From contig JAZSBN010000052.1 of the NCBI GenBank assembly GCA_045602405.1, forward strand, positions 6,193-70,192: 64,000 bases of DNA, given 5' to 3'. This stretch comes from Ruminiclostridium sp. Its GTDB lineage: Bacteria > Bacillota > Clostridia > Oscillospirales > Ruminococcaceae. This document shows, piece by piece, positions 1-10,075 of this stretch. The notes beneath the pieces were generated by a model. That model was not told the DNA's origin. It did no database searches and saw only the letters and a program-made list of their open reading frames with translations. The first letter of the stretch is position 1; every line of letters starts with the position of its first letter. The translations under genes were made by a program, and so were the position numbers.

Positions 1-24
1 AACAGAAGCCTTAACATTTTTCAT
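1..24 (-). CDS. 5' end of a gene running off the window (MKNVKASV...)
   Basis: ATG at 24, GAAGGGA upstream, promoter TTGCAT-N17-TACAAT at 138-110; only 8 codons visible. Confidence 0.4.
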
Positions 25-212
25 TCATATCAATCCCTTCTTAAATTCGCTGTACCGCTCTGTGCAGTACAAATCACGGTCATCCCTGACCTGTTCTTAT
101 ATTTATTAAATTGTATCACAAAAAAGCTGAATATGCAATATTTTACAGTCGGATTTATTTACATTCATAATTTAAGCCCCGTATTTTTGTAAAACCTTAC
201 AATTTCCGCCGT

Positions 213-248
213 AAAAAATGCCCGTCACATAAGCTGTAACGGGCATTT
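213..248 (-). terminator. Intrinsic terminator
   Basis: 10-bp inverted repeat 216-225/239-248 plus short U-tract after the gene ending at 268. Confidence 0.7.
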
Positions 249-267
249 CCTGCAATTTATTCACATT

Positions 268-1821
268 TCAGACAAGCATTACTCCGCCGCCTACAATAAC
301 TATCGCCTGTATGTCGCAGACCTTGAATACCTTCGAGGCTTTGGTTGCCGAATCGGTATATACAAGATATACCGTACCCTCCGCTCTCGGGTCATCTCGC
401 TTAAGAGTAAGTATTCCGTTCTTATAGGAGCCTGAAGCCGCCTTTGACTTCTTGAAAACTACCTTTCCCTTTTCATCTATCGTGAGAGGAGTTTCCTTAT
501 CATCGGAAATGCATACGCTGACCTTATCGGTTATTTCCCCTTTTTCAACGCCGATCTCGGTAACTGCTATCTGTGTAGATTCGCCCTTCCACTGAAGCAG
601 GAGAGGCTGACCCTCTACTATAGCCGTGCTGATAGTCTGTACAGGATTTGTAACGGAAATGCTTACTGCCGCACTCTTTCCGCTCTGGTCGCAGACAACA
701 CTTACCTTGGCATTTACTACCTTTCCGTCGTTGGTCTTGAGTGCCTTGACGGTAAAACTGCCCGAGCCCTTATTATAGCTTACTGCAATATTTTCAGTAT
801 ACTTCTTATCAACAATTACCGAATATGTAGCATCTCTCGCTTCGGTTTTCTTATCCTTAAGGAAGCCCTTGAAGGTGAAGGTTTCGCTCTGTCCTGCCGC
901 AATACCTGTCTTTTTCACAGCCGCACCGCTCTTGTCATACACCGAGATGTTTGCCGCCGCCGCCTTAAGCTCAACATTAAAGCTGTTGTGATTCATAACC
1001 GTTCCGTCAGCCGCTACGTCGATAAGCCATACCTTTGCGCTTCCCGCGGAAGAAACGCCTGTAAGCTTTATTTCTCCGCCCTTCTTATAGGAAGCCTTGA
1101 CTATTTTTGACGCCTCGTCATCCTTAATGACCTTCTTGTTTTCATAAGGAAGCTTTGTAACATCGGTCTTTGTTACAGCCACAACAGTTTTTCCTGCCTT
1201 GGCAACCACCTTGCTGTCGAGAGGGTTCGGGTCCATAACAACAGGCTCAAAATCCGTATACACGGTTATATCCTTATAGTTAAGCTTTGTACCGTCCTCC
1301 TGCTTTACTGTACCGCCATTCGTCCAGAGACCCTGAACAGTACCTGTAAGGGGAGTTTTCTTTTCCTTGTCGGAATAGAATTTAAAAGGCTTGGCTGTAG
1401 GAGTCGTTCCCGTAACAGTTACGGTAATTTCCGCCTTTGCCTTTCCATAGGATACGGTAACAGGCACGACGCCCTGAGCTCCGGGAGTAATGGTTATAAC
1501 ATTACCGCTGTATTCAACCGCCGCAATAGCGGGAGTTTTACTTGATACCTTAACCGTGTCTCCCGATGCTCCGCCTGACGCTGTAACCGTAACCCTTTCG
1601 GGTGAGCCGCCCACGCTGAGATTTACGGCAGTCTTGCTGAGTGTTACTGAAGCATTTGAACTGGAAGAAGCAAGGGGCTTTACCGCTTCAATACTGCCTG
1701 TGTAAAGCGTATCCTCACTGCGGTATATCTCATTACCTGCCGCAAAGGATGTAAAAGCCGCGCATGAGCATACTGCCGCCGCAACAGCTATCGAAATAAC
1801 TCTTTTAACCATTCTTTTCAT
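268..1821 (-). CDS. Secreted/surface protein with probable Ig-like domains
   Basis: Signal peptide MKRMVKRVISIAVAAAVCSCAAFTSFAA; GGAGG at 1830-1834 favours start 1821 over 1851; V/T/S/K-rich beta-strand pattern. Confidence 0.75.
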   Translation of the reverse strand: MKRMVKRVISIAVAAAVCSCAAFTSFAAGNEIYRSEDTLYTGSIEAVKPLASSSSNASVTLSKTAVNLSVGGSPERVTVTASGGASGDTVKVSSKTPAIAAVEYSGNVITITPGAQGVVPVTVSYGKAKAEITVTVTGTTPTAKPFKFYSDKEKKTPLTGTVQGLWTNGGTVKQEDGTKLNYKDITVYTDFEPVVMDPNPLDSKVVAKAGKTVVAVTKTDVTKLPYENKKVIKDDEASKIVKASYKKGGEIKLTGVSSAGSAKVWLIDVAADGTVMNHNSFNVELKAAAANISVYDKSGAAVKKTGIAAGQSETFTFKGFLKDKKTEARDATYSVIVDKKYTENIAVSYNKGSGSFTVKALKTNDGKVVNAKVSVVCDQSGKSAAVSISVTNPVQTISTAIVEGQPLLLQWKGESTQIAVTEIGVEKGEITDKVSVCISDDKETPLTIDEKGKVVFKKSKAASGSYKNGILTLKRDDPRAEGTVYLVYTDSATKASKVFKVCDIQAIVIVGGGVMLV

Positions 1822-2043
1822 ATTTATTACCTCCGTATAAAACAAAATCACGGATAATTACAACTTTCCAATTTAAATTGTATCATAGAACCCATTTTTT
1901 GTCAACAAAAAGCTCTCTGAGACATTTCTGAATAAAGTACTGAAATGCCATTTAACTGTATTCCGCTATTGATTTAATGTAAAAATTGTGATATAATTGA
2001 TTAAATATATAATCTTTGAATATAAACAACGACGAGGAATAAC

Positions 2044-3135
2044 ATGAAAAAAATAATAATTCTGGGCGCCATAATAATTGTGGCGGTAATAAGCGGAATA
2101 CTCATTATCAACGGCATTACGTCTGATAATGATGATGAAAAACACCTGACGACCGTGGGACTTATCCTGAACGGAAGCTCCGATGACAAAAGCTGGAGCC
2201 AGTCCCATTACGAAGGTCTGAAAGAAACTGCCGAGACTCAGGATATAAAACTGCTCTGCAAGGAAAATATAAGCGACTCATATTTTGTTACGGCCGCCGA
2301 AGAGCTTATTTCTCAGGGAAGTGAAATAATTATCTGTAACTCCTTCGGCTACGGCGAATATCTTGATGAAATCACTGTAAGACATCCCGACGTCTATTTC
2401 TATCACGCCTCGGGAGTCAGCTACGGTAAAAATCTTACCACTTATTTCGGCAGAATGTATCAGATAAGATATCTCTGCGGAATTGTGGCAGGACTGCAGA
2501 CCGAGACGAACGAAATGGGTTATGTAGCCGCCTTCCCCATTTCCGAAGTAAACCGAGGTATAAACGCCTTTACCCTCGGCGCACGCGCAGTCAATCCCGA
2601 CGTTAAGGTTTATGTAAGCTGGACGGATTCATGGGTCGATGATGAAGCGGCAGAAGCGGCTTCAAAAAAGCTCATAGAAAACCACAACATTGATATACTT
2701 ACCATGCACACGGATTCCCTCGCTCCCCTCAAAGCGGCAGACGAAGCAGGAATACTCAGCATAGGCTATAATTACAATAACAGCGCAGAATATCCCGATT
2801 CTTATCTTACTGCGGCAGTATGGAACTGGAGCAGCTTCTATACACCCCATATTGAGGAATGTTTAAGCGGAAAGTTCAGAGCAAGAAACTACTGGAACGG
2901 TATTGATTCCGACATAGTATCCCTTGCCCCCTTAAGCAATAAGGCAAAGCCTGAAATTGCCGGAATAATCGAAACTGAAATTTCAAGAATGAAAAACGGA
3001 ACTTTTGATGTATTCTACGGCCCGATATACGACAACAGCGGAACGCTCCGCATTGGAGACGAAGAAAGCATGACGGACGACGCCATGCTCAACCGCTTCG
3101 ACTGGTATGTTGACGGAGTAATTTCCGAACAGTAA
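2044..3135 (+). CDS. BMP-family solute-binding protein (PnrA/Med-like)
   Basis: DDKSWSQSHYEG, YLCGIVAG, GYVAAFP, NAFTLGA motifs; N-terminal hydrophobic anchor. Confidence 0.85.
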   Translation: MKKIIILGAIIIVAVISGILIINGITSDNDDEKHLTTVGLILNGSSDDKSWSQSHYEGLKETAETQDIKLLCKENISDSYFVTAAEELISQGSEIIICNSFGYGEYLDEITVRHPDVYFYHASGVSYGKNLTTYFGRMYQIRYLCGIVAGLQTETNEMGYVAAFPISEVNRGINAFTLGARAVNPDVKVYVSWTDSWVDDEAAEAASKKLIENHNIDILTMHTDSLAPLKAADEAGILSIGYNYNNSAEYPDSYLTAAVWNWSSFYTPHIEECLSGKFRARNYWNGIDSDIVSLAPLSNKAKPEIAGIIETEISRMKNGTFDVFYGPIYDNSGTLRIGDEESMTDDAMLNRFDWYVDGVISEQ

Positions 3136-3176
3136 GCCTCAGCTTTGCCAATTACACTTAAAATGGGAGAATAAAA

Positions 3177-5699
3177 ATGTTTAAAAAGTTTTCGGGCAGT
3201 AATTTTAAATTCATGCTCTTGATATTTCTTTTCTATTTCGTTGTTATAGGTTTTGTCTGCGTTCTTCTTGTTACGAGAATAAATGTAGAAGTAGAAAACA
3301 ATGTTATTTCCGATGTAACGAACCGTGCAAAGATAATTGCCGAAGCCATAGACAAAAGAATAAAGGACGAGCTGACGAATCTTACTGGTATATCTGAAAT
3401 CGTAACTACCGAAGATAACAGTACGGAATATATCGAATATCTCAACTCTCACAATCCCGATAACGCCGTTTATGGAGTACTCAAGACCAACGGCGAAGCT
3501 CTGGTAGGCGAACCGCTTGTATTCAACGAATATCCCGGAATAGTAAAATCCTTCCACGGACACAGCAGTGTATGCTGGTCGGATAAGGATATGCTTCTTT
3601 TCACAGTTCCCGTATACAATGGCGAAAACGTTAAATATGTACTGTACAAGCTTTTCGACTGTGATACTGCGGCTATCATGTTCTATCGCAATATAGGTGC
3701 GGAAAGTTCAAGAATGATCGTATCCGACGTAAACGGACACACTATCCTCAGGCTTAGGGATTGGGATAAAGAGGCAGATTTCTTCGAAAAGCCCGAGCTT
3801 TCCGAAGCTATAAGCAGTATTACCGAAAAGCTTAAATCCCAGTCCTCAGCCACTTCATTTTTTACACTTGATCAGGAAAGGCATTGCCTTTTTGCGGCGG
3901 AAATAAACGATTTGGATTTTTATCTTATAGGAACCCTTAAATATTCCGAGGTAAGCGGAAGCTTCAGCCTTATTCAGGCTCTTGTCCTCTGGACCTTCGG
4001 ACTTCTCTCCATACTGCTTATTGCAATTACGGTATACCTCTTTACAGCAGAAAAGAAGGTAAAGGAAAGCGACGAGCTCCGTGAAGCGAAAATTATTGCC
4101 GAAAATGCCAACAGAGCAAAGAGCGACTTCCTGGCAAATATGTCCCATGAAATCCGTACTCCCATAAACGCCGTAATCGGCATGAACGAAATGATACTCA
4201 GGGAGAGCAGTAATAAAACCGTTCTGGGCTATGCCGACAATATAAAAAGCGCAAGCCACAGCCTTCTCGCTATAATAAACGATATTCTGGATTTCTCGAA
4301 GATTGAGTCGGGAAAAATGGAAATTATTGAACAGCCCTATCATCTCAGCGACGCTCTCCACAACGTAGTTAATATGATAAAGCTGAGGGCTGATAAAAAG
4401 AATCTTATATTTAAAACCACTATAAGCGAGAATATACCTAACTCCCTTACGGGCGATGACGTAAGAATTACCCAGATAATGCTGAATCTTCTCAATAATG
4501 CAGTAAAATACACACAGAGCGGTTATGTTGAGCTTAAGGTAAGCTCGGAAAAGCTTTCGGATGACCTCATAAAGCTTAATATCGCCGTTAAGGATACGGG
4601 CATCGGTATCAAGCAAGAAGATTTAGCCTCCCTCTTCGGAAATTTCAGCCGTGTAGATATGGTGAAGAACAGAAATATCGAGGGTACAGGTCTCGGACTT
4701 GCCATAACCCAGAGGCTTACCGAGCTTATGAAGGGCGAAATCAATGTAACCAGCGAATACGGAATAGGCTCAGAGTTCAGCGTTTCCCTGCCCCAGAGGG
4801 TGAACAGTGACGAGGTAATCGGAACCTTCACGGTAGTAAAGCCTGCAATCGAAATCAGCCAGTCCACTAAAACAGGCACCTTTACCGCTCCCGACGCCGA
4901 AGTTCTCGTAGTAGATGATAATGAAATTAACCTGGAAGTAGTAAAGAGTCTCCTTACCCGTACAGAAATGAATGTTACCGCATGCATGAGCGGTAAGGAA
5001 GCCCTTGAGCTCATGAAGGAAAAGCATTTCGATATAATCCTTCTTGACCACATGATGCCGGAAATGGACGGAATAGAAACCCTTAAGCGCTCCAGGGAAA
5101 TGGAAGACAACAAATCTGCAGGCTCGCCTGTTATTGCCCTTACCGCCAACGTTATTTCAGGCGCAAGGGAAATGTACATAAACGAAGGCTTCAACGATTA
5201 TATCGGAAAGCCTATAGATAATGTGAAATTTGAAGCCCTGCTCCAGAGATATCTCCCGCCTGAGAAGGTATACAGCATCACGGTAAAGGAAGCCCCCGCA
5301 ATTACCAAGGAAGCTTCAGCGACTTCGGGTATCGACACTGCCCTCGGACTGAGGTACTGCGGCGAAATAGAGGAGGTTTATCACCGTATTCTGAATACCT
5401 ACTGCAAGATGTACGGAAATACGAAAATGACTCTTGACAGCCTTCTTTCCGCAGAAAACTGGCAGGATTACTCCGTCAGAATCCATGCGCTTAAATCAAA
5501 CTCCCTCAACATAGGCGCCTCCGATTTTTCGAAGCGTTGTCTTGAACTGGAGCTTGCCGCTAAGGATGTTATTGCAGACAAGGACACCGACGCACAGATA
5601 AAATTCATTAAGAAAAACCACCCGATTATCATGGTGGAATACAACGAGGTAGTTACCGAGGGCGAAAAATACCTTTCGGAAAATACTCCTGTCAATTAA
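3177..5699 (+). CDS. Hybrid sensor histidine kinase (2 TM, extracellular sensor, HisKA, HATPase, REC, Hpt)
   Basis: H-box [33 protein letters not shown], receiver [11 protein letters not shown], Hpt IHALKS. Confidence 0.92.
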   Translation: MFKKFSGSNFKFMLLIFLFYFVVIGFVCVLLVTRINVEVENNVISDVTNRAKIIAEAIDKRIKDELTNLTGISEIVTTEDNSTEYIEYLNSHNPDNAVYGVLKTNGEALVGEPLVFNEYPGIVKSFHGHSSVCWSDKDMLLFTVPVYNGENVKYVLYKLFDCDTAAIMFYRNIGAESSRMIVSDVNGHTILRLRDWDKEADFFEKPELSEAISSITEKLKSQSSATSFFTLDQERHCLFAAEINDLDFYLIGTLKYSEVSGSFSLIQALVLWTFGLLSILLIAITVYLFTAEKKVKESDELREAKIIAENANRAKSDFLANMSHEIRTPINAVIGMNEMILRESSNKTVLGYADNIKSASHSLLAIINDILDFSKIESGKMEIIEQPYHLSDALHNVVNMIKLRADKKNLIFKTTISENIPNSLTGDDVRITQIMLNLLNNAVKYTQSGYVELKVSSEKLSDDLIKLNIAVKDTGIGIKQEDLASLFGNFSRVDMVKNRNIEGTGLGLAITQRLTELMKGEINVTSEYGIGSEFSVSLPQRVNSDEVIGTFTVVKPAIEISQSTKTGTFTAPDAEVLVVDDNEINLEVVKSLLTRTEMNVTACMSGKEALELMKEKHFDIILLDHMMPEMDGIETLKRSREMEDNKSAGSPVIALTANVISGAREMYINEGFNDYIGKPIDNVKFEALLQRYLPPEKVYSITVKEAPAITKEASATSGIDTALGLRYCGEIEEVYHRILNTYCKMYGNTKMTLDSLLSAENWQDYSVRIHALKSNSLNIGASDFSKRCLELELAAKDVIADKDTDAQIKFIKKNHPIIMVEYNEVVTEGEKYLSENTPVN

Positions 5700-5703
5700 A
5701 AGT

Positions 5704-5746
5704 AATACCGTATGAAGGACTAAGGTCAGTCATACGGTATTTTTTA
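5704..5746. terminator. Probable bidirectional terminator
   Basis: 12-bp inverted repeat 5704-5715/5730-5741 between convergent genes. Confidence 0.75.
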
Positions 5747-6154
5747 TATCAGTATTCCGTCGCAGTGGTCAATTTCATGCTGGATAATCTGAGCGGTATA
5801 TCCGCTGTAGGTCTTTATTCTGACGCTGAAATCCTCGTTCAGATATCTCACCTTTATACTTTTGAAGCGTTTTGTCTTTCTTACTCCCGAAAGAGAGAGA
5901 CAGCCCTCCTGGGCTTCATACTCTCCGCTTTTCTTTATTATCTCGGGATTGAACATAACGGTATATTTTCCGTTGTCGTCAAAGATTATAGCTCTTTTTC
6001 TTACTCCTATCATATTGGCCGCCATTCCTACACAGCGTTCCTTATTTTCAGTAAGGGTATCCCTTAAATCCTCCGCAAGATATAAATCCTCTTTTACTGC
6101 GTCCTCAGATTTTACCGATAAAAATATAGGGTCGTGATTGATTTCCTTTATCAT
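5744..6154 (-). CDS. def: Peptide deformylase
   Basis: GMAANMIG, EGCLS, QHEIDH motifs. Confidence 0.92.
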   Translation of the reverse strand: MIKEINHDPIFLSVKSEDAVKEDLYLAEDLRDTLTENKERCVGMAANMIGVRKRAIIFDDNGKYTVMFNPEIIKKSGEYEAQEGCLSLSGVRKTKRFKSIKVRYLNEDFSVRIKTYSGYTAQIIQHEIDHCDGILI

Positions 6155-6280
6155 GATTTCCTCCTTGAAAAATACTGAAATAATTATAGCATATTTTTTC
6201 CTTCAGGTAAATAGTCACCCTTGCAATAAGATGTTATATATGTTATAATTATATGTGATTAACGCTACGGAGGTAAGAGG

Positions 6281-7096
6281 ATGAACTGCTACGAAATTTT
6301 CCGACGTTCTTTCCCTGATATCAGGATAACTGAGGATATGTTCCGAAGGCTTCTCGATATTGATAAATGCAGGATAAACGAATACCGTGAAAACGGCGTC
6401 CTTATGGGATTTACTGTTATTTCGGGAGCGGCTCTCCGTCTTATCTGCGTAGCCCCCGAGTACCGTAGAAAGGGTATCGGAAGAAGGCTTCTCAAGGAAG
6501 CCGAGGCTTACATAAAAAACTCAGGTCATGACAGCATTTTTATCGGCGGCGTTTCCTCACAGCTTTTCATCGGCGCACCCCATAAAGCGGAAGAGTTTTT
6601 CCTGAAACAAGGCTACGAAAACGCAGGCGGCTGTGAAGAGATGACTATTGATGTGCAGGCGTTCTCCTCGGAAAAGCACGAGCTTCCCGTACCCGATAAT
6701 GTAACCTTCGGCTGGTACAAGGGCGATTTTGAAAAGCTTAAGGAAGCGGTAGCCGACGTCGATGAGGAATGGGTACAGTATTTTTCCCCTGAGAGCAGAG
6801 TTTTCTGTGCCATGTCAGGCGATGAAATCGCAAGCTTCTGCGAGGTTGATTTCGATTCGGAATGTATTCTTTCCGACGGAAAAAATAAGGTGGGAGTAAT
6901 AGGCTGCGTGGGCACGATACATAAATTCAGAAAAAACGGAATAGGATTAAAAATGGTGGCTCTCGCTACCGATGAGCTGAGAAAAAATGGCTGCGACGAA
7001 TGCTTCATCCATTTTACGGGCGTTGCGTCATGGTACGCTAAAATAGGCTACAGAACATTTCTGAAGCTTGAATTCTTAAAGAAGAGACTGCAATAA
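6281..7096 (+). CDS. Tandem-GNAT acetyltransferase
   Basis: Two AcCoA-binding motifs: VAPEYRRKGIG and TIHKFRKNGIG. Confidence 0.8.
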   Translation: MNCYEIFRRSFPDIRITEDMFRRLLDIDKCRINEYRENGVLMGFTVISGAALRLICVAPEYRRKGIGRRLLKEAEAYIKNSGHDSIFIGGVSSQLFIGAPHKAEEFFLKQGYENAGGCEEMTIDVQAFSSEKHELPVPDNVTFGWYKGDFEKLKEAVADVDEEWVQYFSPESRVFCAMSGDEIASFCEVDFDSECILSDGKNKVGVIGCVGTIHKFRKNGIGLKMVALATDELRKNGCDECFIHFTGVASWYAKIGYRTFLKLEFLKKRLQ

Positions 7097-7121
7097 ATAT
7101 AATTTACGGGAAGGTGAAATT

Positions 7122-8294
7122 TTGAACAAGGATATAAAAGATACGGTAAGACCCTGTCCCTACAATAAAAAATGCGGAGGCTGTTCCCTCCAGAATCTCT
7201 CCTATAATGACCAGCTACGCCATAAGCAGGTAAAGCTTATACGGCTTCTCGGAAGCTTCGGCCATGTGGAAGAGATAATCGGCATGGAGGATCCTACCCA
7301 TTACCGCAACAAGGTTCAGGCTGTATTCACCATGAGGAACAGCAGGCTTGTTTCTGGAATCTACCAATCCTCTACGGGCAGTATCGTTCCTGTTGAAAGC
7401 TGTCTCATTGAGGATAAGGTTGCCGACTCGATAATTTCAACCTTATGTAGACTTTTCACAAGCTTCAAGATAAAGCCCTACGATAAATTAAGCGGACGGG
7501 GTTTTCTCCGCCATGTCCTTATAAAGCGAGGCTTTAAGAGCGGTCAGGTTATGGTAGTTATCGTAACCAAGGGCGGCGAACTGCCCTCAAGAAGATCCTT
7601 CGTAAACGCTCTCCTTAGCCGTCATCCCGAGATAACTACTATCGTAAGAAGCATAAACGAAAACAAGGATGGTCTTTTTCTGGGCGAAAATAATGAAATC
7701 CTCTTCGGCGGCGGATATATCGAAGAAGAACTCTGCGGTATGACCTTCAGAATAAGCCCCGCTTCATTCTATCAGGTCAATCCTACCCAGACGGAAAAGC
7801 TTTATAATAAAGCAATTGAGCTGGCAGGACTTACGGGAGAGGAAACTCTTATAGACGCCTACTGCGGCACGGGAACTATCGGTCTTATAATGTCAAGGGC
7901 TGTAAAAAAGGTAACGGGTATAGAGCTTAATAAAAATGCAGTAAACGACGCCTTCGCCAACGCAAGGCTCAATAACGTCCACAACATTTCCTTTATCTGC
8001 GGCGACGCAGGAAAATTCATGCATGAAGCGGCGAAGAACAGGGAAAGCGTGGATGTGGTAGTTACCGATCCGCCGAGAGCAGGCTGTTCAAGGCAGTTCC
8101 TTCAGAGTCTTGTCGCTCTTGCACCGAAAAAGGTGGTTTATATATCCTGCAATCCCGAAACTCTGGCGAGAGACCTGTTTTATCTCCGCCGCAAGGGCTA
8201 TCATATCGAGGTTATCCAGCCTGTGGATATGTTCCCTTATACGGGGCATGTGGAGACGGTAGTATTACTGAAAAGAAACGAAGAACAAGCATAA
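7122..8294 (+). CDS. rlmD: 23S rRNA m5U methyltransferase, RlmD/TrmA family
   Basis: CPYNKKCGGC Fe-S motif, SFYQVN, DAYCGTG, DPPRAG, YISCNP, DMFPYTGHVE; TTG start. Confidence 0.85.
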   Translation: MNKDIKDTVRPCPYNKKCGGCSLQNLSYNDQLRHKQVKLIRLLGSFGHVEEIIGMEDPTHYRNKVQAVFTMRNSRLVSGIYQSSTGSIVPVESCLIEDKVADSIISTLCRLFTSFKIKPYDKLSGRGFLRHVLIKRGFKSGQVMVVIVTKGGELPSRRSFVNALLSRHPEITTIVRSINENKDGLFLGENNEILFGGGYIEEELCGMTFRISPASFYQVNPTQTEKLYNKAIELAGLTGEETLIDAYCGTGTIGLIMSRAVKKVTGIELNKNAVNDAFANARLNNVHNISFICGDAGKFMHEAAKNRESVDVVVTDPPRAGCSRQFLQSLVALAPKKVVYISCNPETLARDLFYLRRKGYHIEVIQPVDMFPYTGHVETVVLLKRNEEQA

Positions 8295-8347
8295 ACAACA
8301 GTCCCATATAAATCGGACTGCCCCTTTAAGAAAGAAAGGAGAAAACT

Positions 8348-8803
8348 ATGACAAGAGGCGAAAAAGCGAAGGCTTTATTTGAAAAGGGCTATAACTGCTG
8401 TCAGGCGGTTACCCTTTCCTTTTCCGACGTTCTCGGACTTGAGGAGAAAACTCTCGCCGCTCTGGCAAGCGGCTTCGGCGGCGGCATGGGCCGTATGCGC
8501 GAGGTGTGCGGAGCGGTAAGCGGAATGTTTATAGTTGCCGACCTTCTCTGCGGCTATACAAGTCCTACCGACGACGAAAACAAGAAGAAAACCTACGCCA
8601 TGATACAGAAGCTGGCAGAGGATTTCAGAGAACAGAACGGAAGTATAATCTGCCGTGAGCTTCTCGGTCTCGATAAGCCCGAGGGTACTCATATTCCCGA
8701 AAAGCGTACCGAGCATTATTACAAAAAACGCCCCTGCAGTGAGATATGCCGTATTGCGGCGGATACCGCAGAGAAATATTTCACAGAAAACGGAATTCTG
8801 TAA
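8348..8803 (+). CDS. C_GCAxxG_C_C family putative redox protein
   Basis: YNCCQAV, GFGGGMG, VCGAVSG, CRELL pattern. Confidence 0.85.
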   Translation: MTRGEKAKALFEKGYNCCQAVTLSFSDVLGLEEKTLAALASGFGGGMGRMREVCGAVSGMFIVADLLCGYTSPTDDENKKKTYAMIQKLAEDFREQNGSIICRELLGLDKPEGTHIPEKRTEHYYKKRPCSEICRIAADTAEKYFTENGIL

Positions 8804-8831
8804 CGAAACATAAAAAGAAGGCAAAGGGATA

Positions 8832-9632
8832 ATGAAAAAGGGAACTAAAATATTATTCATACTGAATATAATAATAATCGTTGCGGCAGGAGCAGTCACA
8901 ATATGGCAGCTTTTCTTCGCCGAGGAAACCGACTTCAAGCTTCTTTCAAAGGCACTGGTGCTTTTCGTGGTTTATCTTTTAGCCGTTCTGGGAATAAGGC
9001 GGAAACGCTCGATAAATCCGCTTGTTTATAAACAGAAATATAAGGAACAGATAAGAAACGCCTTCAGCTCGGACGGCTTCAGTCTCCGCCGCTTATTGAA
9101 GGCAATCGCCCTTTATAACGAAAATAAGCCTGCGAAGGCTATTGCCGCTCTCGACAAAATTTATAAGAACTGTCTCTACGCCGATGATTTCTGTGCAGTC
9201 CTTCTCTTCAAGGCATTATGCCTTGAAGAACAGGGGAATTACTATGAAGCGGCTGAATGCTATAAGGAATTACTGGAGCACGACAAAACCCACTCTACCG
9301 CCTGGTCAAATCTGGGACTTGTATACCAGAATCTGGGCAGAGGTGCTGACAGTCTTGAAGCTTATAAAAATTCTGTTGAATACGACCCGTCGAATCCCAT
9401 TGCCTACAACAACCTTGCCTCCTACTATGTAAGAAACGGCCGACCCGAGGAAGGGCTGGAATGTGCCCTTAAGGGACTTGAGCTGAACTCAAAAATGTAT
9501 CAGTCCATGGGAGCGGCGGCGATGGCGTATAAAATGCTGGGCGATGATGAAAACGCCGAAAAATACCGCCTTATGTACAGCGCCAACGGCGGCGACGGAA
9601 AAAGCCTTAAGGCGGTACTTGATGATTTATAA
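8832..9632 (+). CDS. Membrane-anchored TPR protein
   Basis: Two N-terminal TM segments; TPR-like AWSNLGLVY and AYNNLASYY. Confidence 0.8.
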   Translation: MKKGTKILFILNIIIIVAAGAVTIWQLFFAEETDFKLLSKALVLFVVYLLAVLGIRRKRSINPLVYKQKYKEQIRNAFSSDGFSLRRLLKAIALYNENKPAKAIAALDKIYKNCLYADDFCAVLLFKALCLEEQGNYYEAAECYKELLEHDKTHSTAWSNLGLVYQNLGRGADSLEAYKNSVEYDPSNPIAYNNLASYYVRNGRPEEGLECALKGLELNSKMYQSMGAAAMAYKMLGDDENAEKYRLMYSANGGDGKSLKAVLDDL

Positions 9633-9703
9633 GGATATTGATTATACAGCAAAATGCGGAGAAGATATGACTCTTCTCCGCATTTTTATTATAATTTATA
9701 AAT

Positions 9704-10072
9704 TTACAACGCCTTCGCCGTCTTGTCTCCCCTCTTGAAAAGAAGGGCTACAAGCAGTCCTGCTATAACGGCGGCGGTTATACCTGCGGCACCCGATTGA
9801 AGCCCCCCCATAAAGGCACCGATCAGACCGTTTTCCGTTACCGCAATATGAACACCCTTCGCAAGAGTATAGCCGAAGCCTGTAAGAGGAATTGTCGCTC
9901 CCGCCCCTGCAAATTCCACAAGCGGCTCATACCAGCCGAGGCCGCCTATGATAACTCCTGCCACAACATAAATAACCAGTATTCTCGCAGGCGTCAGCTT
10001 CGTTAAATCAATAAGAAGCTGACCCACGGCACAAAGTGCGCCGCCCACAAGAAATGCCCATAAAAATTCCAT
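9704..10072 (-). CDS. spoVAE: Stage V sporulation protein AE (SpoVAEb-type)
   Basis: AFLVGGALCAVGQ, GAGATIPLTGFG; last gene of spoVA operon. Confidence 0.9.
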   Translation of the reverse strand: MEFLWAFLVGGALCAVGQLLIDLTKLTPARILVIYVVAGVIIGGLGWYEPLVEFAGAGATIPLTGFGYTLAKGVHIAVTENGLIGAFMGGLQSGAAGITAAVIAGLLVALLFKRGDKTAKAL

Positions 10073-10075
10073 AGC

